Both the position numbers and the translations under genes were made by a program. Below the pieces are notes generated by a model. It was given only the letters and a program-made list of their open reading frames with translations. It was not told the DNA's origin and ran no database searches. A DNA stretch of 63,917 nucleotides, the filler included, from Octopus bimaculoides (lineage: Eukaryota): assembly GCF_001194135.2 (NCBI RefSeq). It is 7 parts of 6 records of this genome, joined end to end, with 100 filler letters (N's around TTAATTAATTAA, not from the genome) between each part and the next. Parts side by side here need not be neighbours in the genome. Positions count along the whole stretch, not along the records: positions 30,402 to 41,085 come from NC_068985.1; positions 41,186 to 45,629 come from NC_068998.1; positions 45,730 to 51,551 come from NC_068992.1; 4 more parts are not named here. One strand, written 5' to 3'. Below are positions 38,690 to 51,651 of this stretch, in pieces (the stretch's first letter is position 1; every line of letters starts with the position of its first letter).

Positions 38690-41085
38690 TTTTTTGTATT
38701 GTATTGTGGATGCATATCTTTATTTCAATTTCATAATATTTGTTAGTACAGTTTTATTTACGAAATTGAAATCCATTCATCTATAGGTTTTGCGATTGTC
38801 CTTTTTTTTTATGTCACCTCAAACGTTAACAGTTGAGACTCAAGAGTCTTTAAAGTGTAGTCATGTTTGCACGTAAGTGATCCTAGGAGTCGCCCTCTAG
38901 AGAATTCGTTCTCAATAAATAATACTCTCCGGCAACAATACACCTTTTGAGCGACAGTGTTTGATCTATTAGGAATCCATGAGTATGCGTCTGTTTTATA
39001 TATTGCAAGTATGAATGTGTGGGTAGTCGAAAGTGTATAGAAAGGCGAGAAACAATGGGCAAGACGTTGAATTCATGAACAATGTTGCCTGAGTCTGAAT
39101 GCAATTTAATATTATTTGAAGTTTGGTTAATCCAATTAGCTGCAGAAATACCACAAATATTATAATACGTTCGAATTGACGCCCTTCTTTCACTCATTTT
39201 ATAACCATTCCGTTTGGAATATTATCTTATTTACGTAGTTTCGCAAATCTACTTTTCTAAAACTGGATCTCTGAATGAATAGACAGATTTAGCAAGAATA
39301 ATTCTATAATAATAAATGCAGAGAAAGACCATTATATATTTAACGGAATCGATTTACTATTCCAAATATGCACAAGGCATATCGGAGGTATACAGACATA
39401 TTATAACGCATCTAGGTTGATTCCATCGGTTATGGAAACATATGAGGCTAACACGATAATGCGTCTTGTTTAAGAAGTTTGATTCAAAATGACTATTATT
39501 CAGTGATTTATGATATACAGAAGATAACATTAAACATGTCTCCTAAAGTATCGCATATTCTATTGCTAATGAATATTTGGGTCAACGTGGAAATGACATA
39601 ACCAACCACAACACCAATCTAACAACAGTCCAGAGCAGTAATAGAAACTAATGCTGCAGAAGAAGACATCTCTCCAAGAATAGAATACAATAAGTAGTCA
39701 TGAAAGGCATGATTATTTTGCAAAAGTACTATACCTCTCGTAGGATTGAGTACCAAACATTTCAGATAATTAATGTCATTGTATTTCCCATGTCAACATG
39801 TATTAAACTGATGTAAACTACAAGACGTCGTCTACTACTTTCTCATTGAAAGACATATATTTCACCTCAGTAGCAGTTCAAGTAAAACAGCTATCATTAA
39901 AATGTAATTTTCTTTCAACATGTTCTCAGCATTTAATCGCATTAAATGTCTATTCTGATATACGTTCCTTTCAGTTGATGCAACACTTATTGTTCAGCTA
40001 ACGTCTTAATTCATTTAAGCACACTTTATATCCTATATATACAATTTACATATAAAGTTTCGCATCGCATTTCGTTTCAATATTCAGCTGACATCAAATT
40101 ATTTTCTAAGCGAATTTCGTAAAACATCGCACACACTTTTAACAAACATAACACAGCAAGAATTACATTATCTTAAACCGTTTTCTATCAATATTGAACT
40201 GCACTTTTCCAACGCCCAACACATCTTCAAATTTCTGGTCATTTTCATCCATGCCTACTAACAAATTCTTACCACTAACCTAATCATTTCTTTCAAAAAA
40301 AGTAGACGAAAATCCTTGGATTTGGAACGATAGATAAAACTGTAGTGAAGTTGTCTGATATATTTCAAAGCGTAGCTATATGCATCACGTGAATTATTTT
40401 GAAATACTTTCCACAATAGATTTGTTTTCCTTTTATATGTTTCCTTCATAATTTTATGGTAGTCGGTGAAGTATGTAGGATATCTACATCATTTATTATC
40501 ATTTCACTCTTATATAATATCATATATTGCTCGAAAGACATAACATTTTAAATCCGTTTAGTGGTTTGCTAGCTCTAATTAACAGCGAAAGAGCTGCGTC
40601 CGTCATACACAAGACATGCTATTTTACATACTAAAGTTTTACCTTCATTCACATTTATATTGATAAGTGTCAAATATATAATTCACATTGAAAAGATAAA
40701 ACATATCCATGGAAGAGATATCATTATCATCTACTTACGTAAGTCGAATCGTTACTCACTAGATATCTTGTGGCCTCAGCGCTGGAGGTTGCGGGTGTGT
40801 AATCTCATGTCTACCGATATAAACAGGAGTTAATTTTTACACGAAAATCCAATGTGGGAGTTTATCATGTAAATACGGCAGTATAGGTTGTTCTAAGAGA
40901 ATAGCCACGTTTAGCTGGGGATGAACATTACAATAATGAAATTAAGACAAGCACAATATTTAAATCATGTATTGAGTACATTAATTACCACTATGCCAGA
41001 GATTTTATAGTGGTCTGTTCCAAAGAAACTCTCTCTTTCTCTGTATCTACATATGTATCTATGTGTGTATATATATATGTATATA

Positions 41086-41185
41086 NNNNNNNNNNNNNNN
41101 NNNNNNNNNNNNNNNNNNNNNNNNNNNNNTTAATTAATTAANNNNNNNNNNNNNNNNNNNNNNNNNNNNNNNNNNNNNNNNNNNN
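41086..41185. other. Artificial scaffold linker
   Basis: 44 N + TTAATTAATTAA (41130-41141) + 44 N. Confidence 0.97.
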
Positions 41186-41567
41186 TATATATATATAGTC
41201 TGCTACTGATATATCTTTGTGTTTTTTAAACATTGTACGTCCATAAGTGATTCTGCCACAAGACGAATACTGTAATTAATTAGGCTCACCATGATGTATT
41301 TGGATTAACCCTTGTTACACAGATTACTATAATTAATTAATATACGATCATTACGCTATGCTACATCATACTGTACACTAGGTTACGCCCCCTTCTGCAA
41401 CACCACTGTATACTGTAATACTTTTGTCATTCCATGCTTCTATGCTACACAGCGAGAAGGCCATGTGTGGTCACACAGTTCGCTTGAAACACCAGCCGTG
41501 TCCTCCTGAAATCATATCTTACCGTCTTAAGAGAAGGAAGCAAATTTCGGATAATGTGGTCCTAGAC

Positions 41568-41768
41568 CAGCCGTTCTCAACTGTGGCCCTCGAGCATCCT
41601 TCCGGCGGCCCTTAAGCATCCTTCCGGCGGCCCTCGATATTCTTCCTTCTATGAATATAATAAATTTTTCATTAATTTGCTTGGGTTTTACAATTTTGGG
41701 GTGCGGCTCCCTAAAAGCATTCCAAGATTGGGATCAGGCCCGGATATTAAAAAGGCTGAGAACCTTTG
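41568..41768. mobile_element. 201-bp hAT (Charlie-like) MITE
   Basis: TIRs CAgccgTTCTCAaC and (reverse complement) CAaaggTTCTCAgC. The 8-bp TSD is tcctagac (41560-41567) and tcctaggc (41769-41776). It contains about 2.5 copies of a 22-bp GGCCC-rich unit. Confidence 0.85.
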
Positions 41769-41789
41769 TCCTAGGCATACTATGTTTGA

Positions 41790-42200
41790 ATAAAAAGTGA
41801 GATGGTCACGGTTGGAACGATTTTGAACATAGGCGTGTGTACCTGATCAATTAGATAGTCTAAGATACTACTTGTTTGAGAAAGGAATTGAAGATTGAAC
41901 GCATTTGAAGATAGATGTGCTGGATGAGGGCTGACCTAGGGCTAAACAATGACTCACAACAACAACAACAACAGCAGCAGCAACAAGCGAGATTTCTTGT
42001 GACTGCTCGATCTGCTATAAATAACAGCCAAATCTCCTTTACATCTCTCACATAGCTATTTTAAAAATTGGAACGACATATTGAATAATGTTAAGGTCGG
42101 TATATAGATGAGGTGGTCACGGTCGGAATGTAATATGTTTGATAATAGGTTTGCTCAATCAGATCTGGCCTGGGGCTAAGCAACAACAACAACAACAAAG
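41790..42200 (+). mobile_element. Two tandem 3' portions of an (AAC)n-tailed SINE
   Basis: Repeated gRtggtcacggtYggaa ... ctgRcctRgggctaa(a/g)caa followed by (CAA)n, at about 41800-41985 and 41995-42200. Confidence 0.6.
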
Positions 42201-42809
42201 ACAATAACGACAATAACAACAACAGCAACGAATCCCTCGGAATACAACGCCATTACTATTTCGTCGTGTCATCTGATAAACGATTATTTCAAATGACGTT
42301 TTTATTGCATGCCACTCTTCCATAGCCTTCCTTCCCAGAATTCCAATGGACGAGAAATAAAACAGCAATAAATATTACTATTTAGTTCATAAAAATAATA
42401 AAAAGAGGCAAACGGAATTAAAAAAAAATAAATAGAATAAAGTAAAAACACTAAAAAATAGATATAAAGAAAAACGATATTTTAAATGAAATAATATTGG
42501 TTTGGTAAGGAAGAGATTTTGAGAATATTCTGTGTATGTGTGTATGGGGGGAGTGGGGGAAGTATGGGGAGCTGTGGGTACTGATGGCGCTACTATAGCT
42601 ACGTGGTTAAGAAGTTTGCTTCATAGCTGAATGTGCTGGGTTCGATATCCCTGTGCAGCCTTAAGGATGAATCACGAAGAATCATTTAGGTTATCTTTTA
42701 AAGAATCTATTAAAGACTCACGTGAGTTATCAATATTCTGTGAGTGGAGTTTTATTGACGGAAACTATTCGGAATCTCATAGCAACTATCTTGCTCTCCC
42801 TCTCTCCCC

Positions 42810-42844
<35 letters not shown>

Positions 42845-43132
42845 TCCCTCTCCCTCTCTGTATCTCTCTCTCTCCCTCTCTCTCTCTCTCTCTCCCTCTC
42901 TCTCTCCCCCTCTTTAAACGTATATATTTCTTGCGATTCTTTCTTTTTATTTCCGTTTTTTTTTTCACCCTTTGTTTTCTCGTTTCATCTTTTCCTTTCT
43001 TATTCTGAAAATTGGGGGAGGGGACTAGTCGAATACATCGACCCAAGTGTATCACTTGTACTTAATTTATCGACCCGCCTAATGCTGAACCAAGTGTTGT
43101 ACGGTCTGCTTCCCGAGAAATGTTACTCATGC

Positions 43133-43182
<50 letters not shown>

Positions 43183-43746
43183 AAGAAATGAGCACAGTAC
43201 GTTACTGTTCTTGTAAAATGAAAGCAAAAGTCTGGCCTAGTCAAGATTTGAACTCACATCACAAAGGGCTCTGGAACGAATACGACAAAAAGTACTCAAA
43301 GCGAAGTTCTAACGATTCCGCCATTTCACTGCTTTCACCACACAGATTATCTTTTAAACTCGAATCACATGATACACATGATCACATGATCTGTATGAGA
43401 GGGAAAGTAACTGGGAAATCATGACGTCATTAACCTCATTAAATTAATTAACACCGAAATGAGAAAGATTTCGTTCCTACTGGAAACAATTATTTTTCTC
43501 CTCAGCTCTATGCACCTGCGTTTCCGATAACAGCTTTTTGCTTTCTCGTAATTACATTTCACATAGGCACAAGGCCCATTTGACCCCGTCACGACGGTCA
43601 TATTGTTCTTTGGGTTGTTTTCACAACGAATGCTTTTTTTCAGAAATGAATGAACACCAACAAATCACAATGTTACTGTTCAACATAGATAAAATTACTT
43701 TTACTTTTGTGAGAAATCAGTCTATTACGACGAAATATGCGGGCGC

Positions 43747-43814
43747 AGGCATGTTAATATTCTTAAGTTCTTACACCTGGAGGCATGTTAATATTCTTAA
43801 GTTCTTACACCTGA
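43747..43814. repeat. 34-bp tandem duplication
   Basis: aggcatgttaatattcttaagttcttacacctgR x2. Confidence 0.95.
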
Positions 43815-44080
43815 AAAAACAGAGAACAAGGCTGAAAATGTAGCGTAGGATGTGACCAATCTAAAATTAGAAACTCAGGTTTTAACCAAATTAGATGATG
43901 TTCTACCAACGAGGCCAAAACTAAGCATATTGTTATCAAATATAGGATCGTCACCCACTTTACATTAAGACTCTTATTTACGCTGTGTCACTACTCTATA
44001 TGAACAATAACACAGAGCGAGTCCACTGCAGCTGTTTCAGACGTCTTCTTTATTTATATATATAAATATATAATGATTTC

Positions 44081-44278
44081 AAATTTTGGTACAAGGCCAG
44101 CAAGTTCGGGGGTGGGGTTGAGTCGATTACTTCGACCACAATGTTCAACTGGTACTTAGGTTATCGACCTCAAAAGGTAAAGGCGATGTCGGCAGGATTT
44201 GAACTCAGAACGTAAAGAGAGACGAAATACCGCTGAGCATGTCGATCGGTTTGGTAACGATTCTGCCAGCTCGCCCCC
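44081..44278 (-). mobile_element. Deu/Nin-SINE
   Basis: Reverse complement of the same head, core and tail (ctgccagctcgcc; atttgaactcagaacgt; tggtact; acaaggccagc). Confidence 0.85.
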
Positions 44279-44286
44279 TCTACCTA

Positions 44287-44369
<83 letters not shown>

Positions 44370-44438
44370 CTATCTGTCTGTCTAAGTTTATATGCGTACA
44401 TAAAAATAGGAGGACATATCTATACATGCGTATATACT

Positions 44439-44487
<49 letters not shown>

Positions 44488-45169
44488 CTACCCATATACA
44501 CGCACATGTAAGAGTGTATACGATCAGAATCTCAATTTTTCTCTTTCTTTCTCTCTTCATTTTCATGGTGTGACTTCATTTGTAAGAATAAACTAAAAAG
44601 GAAAGCAAAGCAAACAAATAAAAGACAAACATAATGAAGAATACAATACCAAAACATAAAACAACAGCAAAAAAAAAAAAAGATTTTGGTAATTTTCAAA
44701 CTAAGATATCAACAAAATCCTATATTACCAAAACGGAAGATACAAAAACAACAACAGAAATAAAATACAAAAACTAAACAAGGCAAAGACAAAACAAGAA
44801 GTGCAAGAAAATGATTGGAGAGCGTATTAGAGGGAGAGCATGAGAAAATATAAGAGAGATGGTAAAAGAACATGAAACGTTAAGAAAGAAAGAATATGGC
44901 GGAAAAGGAAAATCTGGCGCGAAGTGAGACTGGACTAATGTGAAATAATCAGCTATTTATTGGATGTTAATGGCGTTCAAAGCAATCGTATTTGGCAGTT
45001 ATTTCGCATCTAAATTTCTCCGTTCATTATTACTATGTTGAACGTAATAAATATAATACAACATGCGACGTGTGATAGATTTGTCAATGATACTTTTCCC
45101 AATTCAGTGATATATAATTCTCACACTCGCGCCGTGCTTCGCTCGTCTTCTCCATTCGTTCGTTCATCT

Positions 45170-45380
45170 ATCTTTCCCTTTCTCTTTCTCTCTGGTACTC
45201 TGTCTCTCTGATACTCTGTCTCTCTGATACTCCGTCTCTCTCTCTCTGATACTCTGTTTCTCTCTCTCTCTCCCCTTCTCTCTCTCTCCCCTTCTCTCTC
45301 TCTCCCCTTCTCTCTCTCTCCCCTTCTCTCTCTCTCCCCTTCTCTCTCTCTCCCCTTCTCTCTCTCCCCCTCTCTCTCCC
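45170..45380. repeat. CT-rich higher-order repeats (ctctgtctctctgata and ctctctctctcccctt units)
   Basis: Read directly from the sequence. Confidence 0.9.
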
Positions 45381-45575
45381 TATTTCTCCATTTTCCTCTG
45401 AAGAATCTTGTCACGATTGAGTTAAATTGTTGCATGCCTTCATCCTCTCCTAGTACTTCTCTCATCCTCATCAACATAATATATATATATGTTTGTGTGT
45501 GTTAGCGCGCGCATGTGCGTGTGTGTGCATGTGTTTATATATATATATATATATATATAACATAATATATATAGC

Positions 45576-45629
<54 letters not shown>

Positions 45630-45729
45630 NNNNNNNNNNNNNNNNNNNNNNNNNNNNNNNNNNNNNNNNNNNNTTAATTAATTAANNNNNNNNNNNNNNN
45701 NNNNNNNNNNNNNNNNNNNNNNNNNNNNN
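45630..45729. other. Artificial scaffold linker
   Basis: 44 N + TTAATTAATTAA (45674-45685) + 44 N. Confidence 0.97.
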
Positions 45730-45766
<37 letters not shown>

Positions 45767-46689
45767 AACACACACGCGCACGCGTGCGAAATAGGCTGAG
45801 TCGGGGACATGAATGAAAATGTGTGAAGGTGATAATTTTCTTGTTGAACTTCAGTATTTGATGAACAGTTCAGGTTTATATCTTATACTCTAGAGAAAAC
45901 ATTTACACTTAATAACCTACTCGTTAAACATTAAACGAGGAAATACATATAGAGAACCAGTACAAATGGACCCCTTTAAGCAGTTCATAGCTAACGATTC
46001 TGAAATTTTCACCATGCATCTGTGCAGCGATATTCGTGCCTGGATAAATCCTTCTGGGTCACAGAATAATGTTTTATAGTTACAACAGCTTTGACATCAA
46101 ACCTAGAAGCTAGTGTTATTCCGCCACTGCATGTCATATGCAATTAAAACTTGTTCTCAAATTAAATTCACGTCACGCTGATATCCTAGGTGTATATCTT
46201 GCGGACGGCTATGAATTTCAAACAGGCAAACACTCATTGCAAATCTTTCAGACGTATGTATTTGTGTAAATAGCGGGGTATATAACAATCACTTCTGAAC
46301 TTTTGTATTTACTCTCAAGGATATTTTATTTCTTTTGAGTTATTGATCGATACCGAGGTGAATTTCCTCAGTGTTTAAACATAGCAACCTGTATGATGCG
46401 TTATATTATTTCATCGAAAAGATGCGACGTAATACGTGTGTATATCACGTGTGTGTGTGTATATATANNNNNNNNNNNNNNNNNNNNNNNNNNNNNNNNN
46501 NNNNNNNNNATATATATATATATATAATACGCCAAGTACAGGGCATCACCAACGAGTGAAAATTACGTAGACACACGAGCGTTGAGTACAGGTCAAATTA
46601 CCAAAAAATATATACAATAAGAACAGGACAACACCGACGTGTGAAAAATAAGTAATCATATGAGAGACAAGTACGCGACAAATTACCAA

Positions 46690-46985
46690 AAGAAGTACCA
46701 GTCGAGCATGGAGGCTGATGTCATTAACTAACCTACAAGCCCTAAAATGTCTGGCCTTGTGCTAACATTTCAAAACATTAAGGCAGCGAGTTGGCGGAAA
46801 CATTAACACGTCGGTCAAAATGCTTAGCGGCATTTTTCCGGCGTTACGTTCTGAGTTCAAACTTCACCAAAGTCAACACTAGTTTTCTTCTCTTCTGGGT
46901 CAATGAAATAAGAGCCAGATAATCACTGGGGTCGATATAATCAACTAAGAACCTCTCTAAAAATTTCAGGCCTTGTATCCATTAG
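46690..46985 (+). mobile_element. Tandem Deu/Nin-SINEs (3' fragment plus copy from 46781)
   Basis: ggcagcgagttggcggaaacattaacacgtcgg...cgttctgagttcaaa...ggggtcgatataatc...ggccttgt. Confidence 0.8.
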
Positions 46986-47738
46986 CTAAAGTAATATTAA
47001 TGCAAACATATTTTCTAAATATTCGGGGCTTCTTATTACACGTATCGGACAAAGAAATTAATTCTCCAACAGCCTCTATAATTACAGTTGGGGTTTGTCA
47101 CTTAGCAGAATATTATCCATACATTAAAAGTAAAAGTCATCAAACGTCTCAAACACCCTTTCCGCTTTTATTGCAATTTCTATATTTAATTTTCTGTTCA
47201 TTAGGAGAATGGGAAAATTAGGTGTAAACAAAGTTAGAAAACCAATACGAAATATGATTTATTGAAATGTCTTACAAACTGTTACAAACTAGAATTGGTG
47301 AAGCAATAGAATCCTTTATTACAATGCATCATAAACAAAAGGAGAAAATATAGTGGTACGACTAAAATATTCGATCGATGTTTTCGCCGCAATGCACCGC
47401 AAGAAAATTGTGGTGGATTATGCTTAAGGGATATAAAATCGCTGATAAATATAAGTTTGCATTAATTGTTGTAGTTAAGAAATAAAAGATATTCAGATAC
47501 AAAAGTCCATACATGCATACACACGCATTTCCACATATACATATATGTTTATTTACACACATACACACGCACACTTACCGATCTTTGCATACATATAAGT
47601 AATATGAAGGAATATAAATGTGTAACTCTCAATCCTAATAGATTGTTGTCTCTTATGGTACATTGTCCGCCTTTACTTCTCTGTATCTATCATTCATTGC
47701 TTGAGGCTTACCAAATTCCTAGTCTCGGATCCCGGACA

Positions 47739-47777
<39 letters not shown>

Positions 47778-48543
47778 TGTGTGTCTGTGTATGTCTGTAT
47801 GAATATATTTTTTCATATCTGAGAATGTGTCGTTTGTTCTTTCGTTTCGTTTCTGTTCAAACTTTGGAACTTATATACAAACATACATACATGCATACAT
47901 ACCGTCCAAGTTCTTTTACAGAGCTTTGAAAAACTAAACGGCTACTGCAATAAGTATGAGAATCTGAGAGGACAATATTTTGAATAAAAACATAATTAAC
48001 TGCTCCACCTGTGTTTTCTTTTGCCCAAAGCCTGGAACTGTTCAGCACTAACTGGAGCTGTCCAGCACCAACTCGAACATTCCCCGAACTGCTGTTCTGT
48101 GTAATTCATTGTGATGATCTTATCTTCTAGTATATGATATTCTTTCCTTTACGCATTCTGTCCTTTAAGCATTCTGTCAACCAGCAACCTTTTTTGTAGG
48201 CCACTTCTTTCTCGTCATTGTAGTCCCTTTCGCTAGAGTGGATTGAAGTCTTGTTTCGAACAAAATCGTCAGAAAAGAAAATGATAATTTATTATTTGTC
48301 TTTCGAAATTTCATAGAATATTCCAACGATCAATATGGTCTTGTGGTCTTTTTTTGCACATTTCCCTAATCGTTCTTAATCTCTTTCCAGCTTTATGTAT
48401 TTATACAACTTTCTCACTTTGTCCAACACATAATCTCACTATCTGTTGTGTTCAATTGATACACCCACACACATACACACGCGGCATGGCCGCAGCTCTA
48501 AGCTGAAACTATAAAAAACAAATATATGTGAGTGTGTATGAAA

Positions 48544-48579
<36 letters not shown>

Positions 48580-48944
48580 NNNNNNNNNNNNNNNNNNNNN
48601 NNNNNNNNNNNNNNNNNNNNNNNNNNNNNNNNNNNNNNNNNNNNNNNNNNNNNNNNNNNNNNNNNNNNNNNNNNNNNNNNNNNNNNNNNNNNNNNNNNNN
48701 NNNNNNNNNNNNNNNNNNNNNNNNNNNNNNNNNNNNNNNNNNNNNNNNNNNNNNNNNNNNNNNNNNNNNNNNNNNNNNNNNNNNNNNNNNNNNNNNNNNN
48801 NNNNNNNNNNNNNNNNNNNNNNNNNNNNNNNNNNNNNNNNNNNNNNNNNNNNNNNNNNNNNNNNNNNNNNNNNNNNNNNNNNNNNNNNNNNNNNNNNNNN
48901 NNNNNNNNNNNNNNNNNNNNNNNNNNNNNNNNNNNNNNNNNNNN

Positions 48945-49016
<72 letters not shown>

Positions 49017-50074
49017 CGCGAGAGGGCCATAGAATACAACAGATTGAGATACTTTCAAAAAGAGAAACAATGAAAGAAGCAGAAAAAAACTTCGCCTTTC
49101 TGTTTCTCTACAAGAGAGAATGATACTAAAAGAGAGTTAGTGAGAAGAAGAGGAAGACAGCAGCTGAAAAAGAAGAAACAATGAAACATTGGAAGGGAAA
49201 ACGGTGCCGAAAAAGCAAAAACAAAGGTATTAGATGATACAGGAAAGATGAATAAAATGCGAGATATATAGGTTTATATATACTAACACAAAAAGAGACA
49301 GAAGAAAAAAAGAACAGTATACAAAAAAAAAAAGAAGCAGAAAGTGTTGTTAGTAGGATGGAGATATAGAAAGTGGAGGATAATGGAGAAGTGAGATAAA
49401 AAAAAGAAAAAGATAGATGCAAGAACTGAGAAAACGAAAACAAATGGGAAAATGGTTGTGGTAAACAGTTAGATATGACTAATATCTGATAAATAATAAA
49501 TAATTGTTCATTTCTGCCCAATTTTCTAAGATTTGGCGTTGTTATCAGAATATATTGTCGAAATAAATCAGTTTTTACTTATTGATTTTTTTTTAATCTA
49601 TTTGTTTTTGTTTTCACTCTTTTTGGTGTCATTCCAACAATAATGTCGATATCACGTCAGGGAAAGTAGGTTTTATCTTGGAAGCAACAAGCTACATGCA
49701 AGTTTATCAGCTGCGGTCATTACAAAACGCAATATGTCAGGTCTTCCAAATATGCATTTGAGGCTGTTGATATAGGCACAGAGCCAAAACAATGTATAAA
49801 TATGTATATCAGCAACATTTATTAAAATATTTATTCGCATTTGTTGGTTGATTTGAACCAGTATTTATGGTTTATATCATAACCTCACACGAAATAATAT
49901 TAGTTCAAATGAACACATTGTGTTTCATCGTAGTCCTCGACAAATAGACATTTGCTGTTTGTATGTTTAAGAGCCCTTCAAAACAAGGATTCCCACGAAA
50001 TAGTAGATAACCCTTCAAGACACATACATTGTAAATTATAAAAATAGTTTTAAAATTTATCTACACTTTCTTTC

Positions 50075-50454
50075 GGAGGCGCAATGGCCCAGTGGTTAGG
50101 GCAGCGGACTCGCAGACGTTGGATCGCGGTTTCGATTCCCAGACCGGGCGCTGTGAGTGTTTATTGATTGAAAACACCTAAAGCTCCACGAGGCTCCGGC
50201 AGGGGATGGTGGCGAACCCTGCTGTGCTCTTTCACCACAACTTTCTCTCACTCTTACTTCCTGTTTCTGTTGTGCCTGTAATTCAAAGGGTCAGCCTTGT
50301 CATACTGTGTCACGCTGAATATCCCCGAGAACTACGTTAAGGGTACACGTGTCTGTGGAGTGCTTAGCCACTTGCACGTTAATTTCGCGAGCAGGCTGTT
50401 CCGTTGATCGGATCAACTGGAACCCTCGACGTCGTAAGCGACGGAGTGCCAACA
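50075..50454 (+). mobile_element. Full-length tRNA-derived SINE with 12-bp TSD
   Basis: A-box TGGCCCAGTGG, B-box GGTTTCGATTCCC, (AAC)n tail. TSD acactttctttc at 50063-50074 and 50455-50466. Confidence 0.92.
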
Positions 50455-51076
50455 ACACTTTCTTTCATTCAGTGGACTGCTGCTCATACTGTAGCACTAC
50501 CTCGAAGGGTTTAGTCAAAACAAATCGGTGCCTGAACTTATTTTTTCAGGTTTGTTGTATATTAAATCGGGTACTATGCCGAACCGCTTCGTTGCACGGA
50601 GGTAAACGAACTAATACCAGTTGCTAAGCTATATCTTCAAGGCTGGTGCTGACAGACACAGATATAAAGACACACGCGCACAAATACGTACGTACATACA
50701 CACACATCTACGCACAGAGCTGCACACACACAGAGACCCGCACGCACATACACATACATGCATATGCACACAAGCGCGCGCATACACATATACACACAAG
50801 TGTAAATACGCTATCTTTAAGACTGCATGCTTTGCACTGGTATGTTTTACATTGGTTATGATATCACAATATTATATTCCTCTAGTTCATGTGAGTAAGT
50901 ATACATATGGTATGGATGAGGGAAGAATGCTGGCAAGAATCGCAACATAAATGATGCTCGAAAATGAATAATAGAAAAGGTAAATTAGTGCAATACGATG
51001 GAATGCAATTATGCTCAAAGAACGGCCATTTATAAAGAAAAGAAAAATTAGTACTGCATATTACGAATGAATTTGA

Positions 51077-51109
<33 letters not shown>

Positions 51110-51111
<2 letters not shown>

Positions 51112-51392
51112 GAGGTCGACGGAACACGGGCTCGAATCTCAGACCGGGTGATATGTGTGTGTGTGTGTGTGTGTTTATGAGCGAAACAACTAAGCTAAAC
51201 GCGACTCCGGCAGAGGGTAATGGCGAACTTCTGCTGACACTTTCGCTACAACTTTCTCTCACTCTCTCCAGCATCTAGCAGCTCACTTGAGACGGACCGG
51301 CGTCCCGTCCTAGTGAGGAACCTATTCGTCAATAAAATCAGGAAACCGGCCCTTCTGAGCCAAGCTTGGCTCAAGAAGGTACAAAAAGCAAC
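51110..51392 (+). mobile_element. Related tRNA-SINE sharing the 5' body of 50075-50454 but with a different 3' tail
   Basis: Shared blocks cagaccggg, ctccggcag..gg..tggcgaac..ctgctg and acaactttctctcactct, then diverges to ggaaaccggcccttctgagccaagcttggctcaagaagg. Confidence 0.7.
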
Positions 51393-51551
51393 ATGCATAA
51401 ATGAGTAACAGTAGAAATTCAATCCATTACGGTCGTTTCTAACGACACTTTTAACTGATTAATGTAAACATTACATCATTATAAAGAAAACGTTTTCAAA
51501 TCAATTCATGAACTTCAAACTAAAGGACATTCAAAATGATTTAACATAGAT

Positions 51552-51651
51552 NNNNNNNNNNNNNNNNNNNNNNNNNNNNNNNNNNNNNNNNNNNNTTAAT
51601 TAATTAANNNNNNNNNNNNNNNNNNNNNNNNNNNNNNNNNNNNNNNNNNNN
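51552..51651. other. Artificial scaffold linker
   Basis: 44 N + TTAATTAATTAA (51596-51607) + 44 N. Confidence 0.97.

Noticed and set aside
41590-41635. Short direct repeats here (and at 15886, 38632, 43747) as a CRISPR array
   Set aside because: They are head-to-tail with no unique spacers, there are no cas genes, and the context is eukaryotic.
50075-50150. tRNA genes (also 42585-42660)
   Set aside because: A and B boxes are present, but they continue into SINE bodies with tails or TSDs and have no complete cloverleaf.
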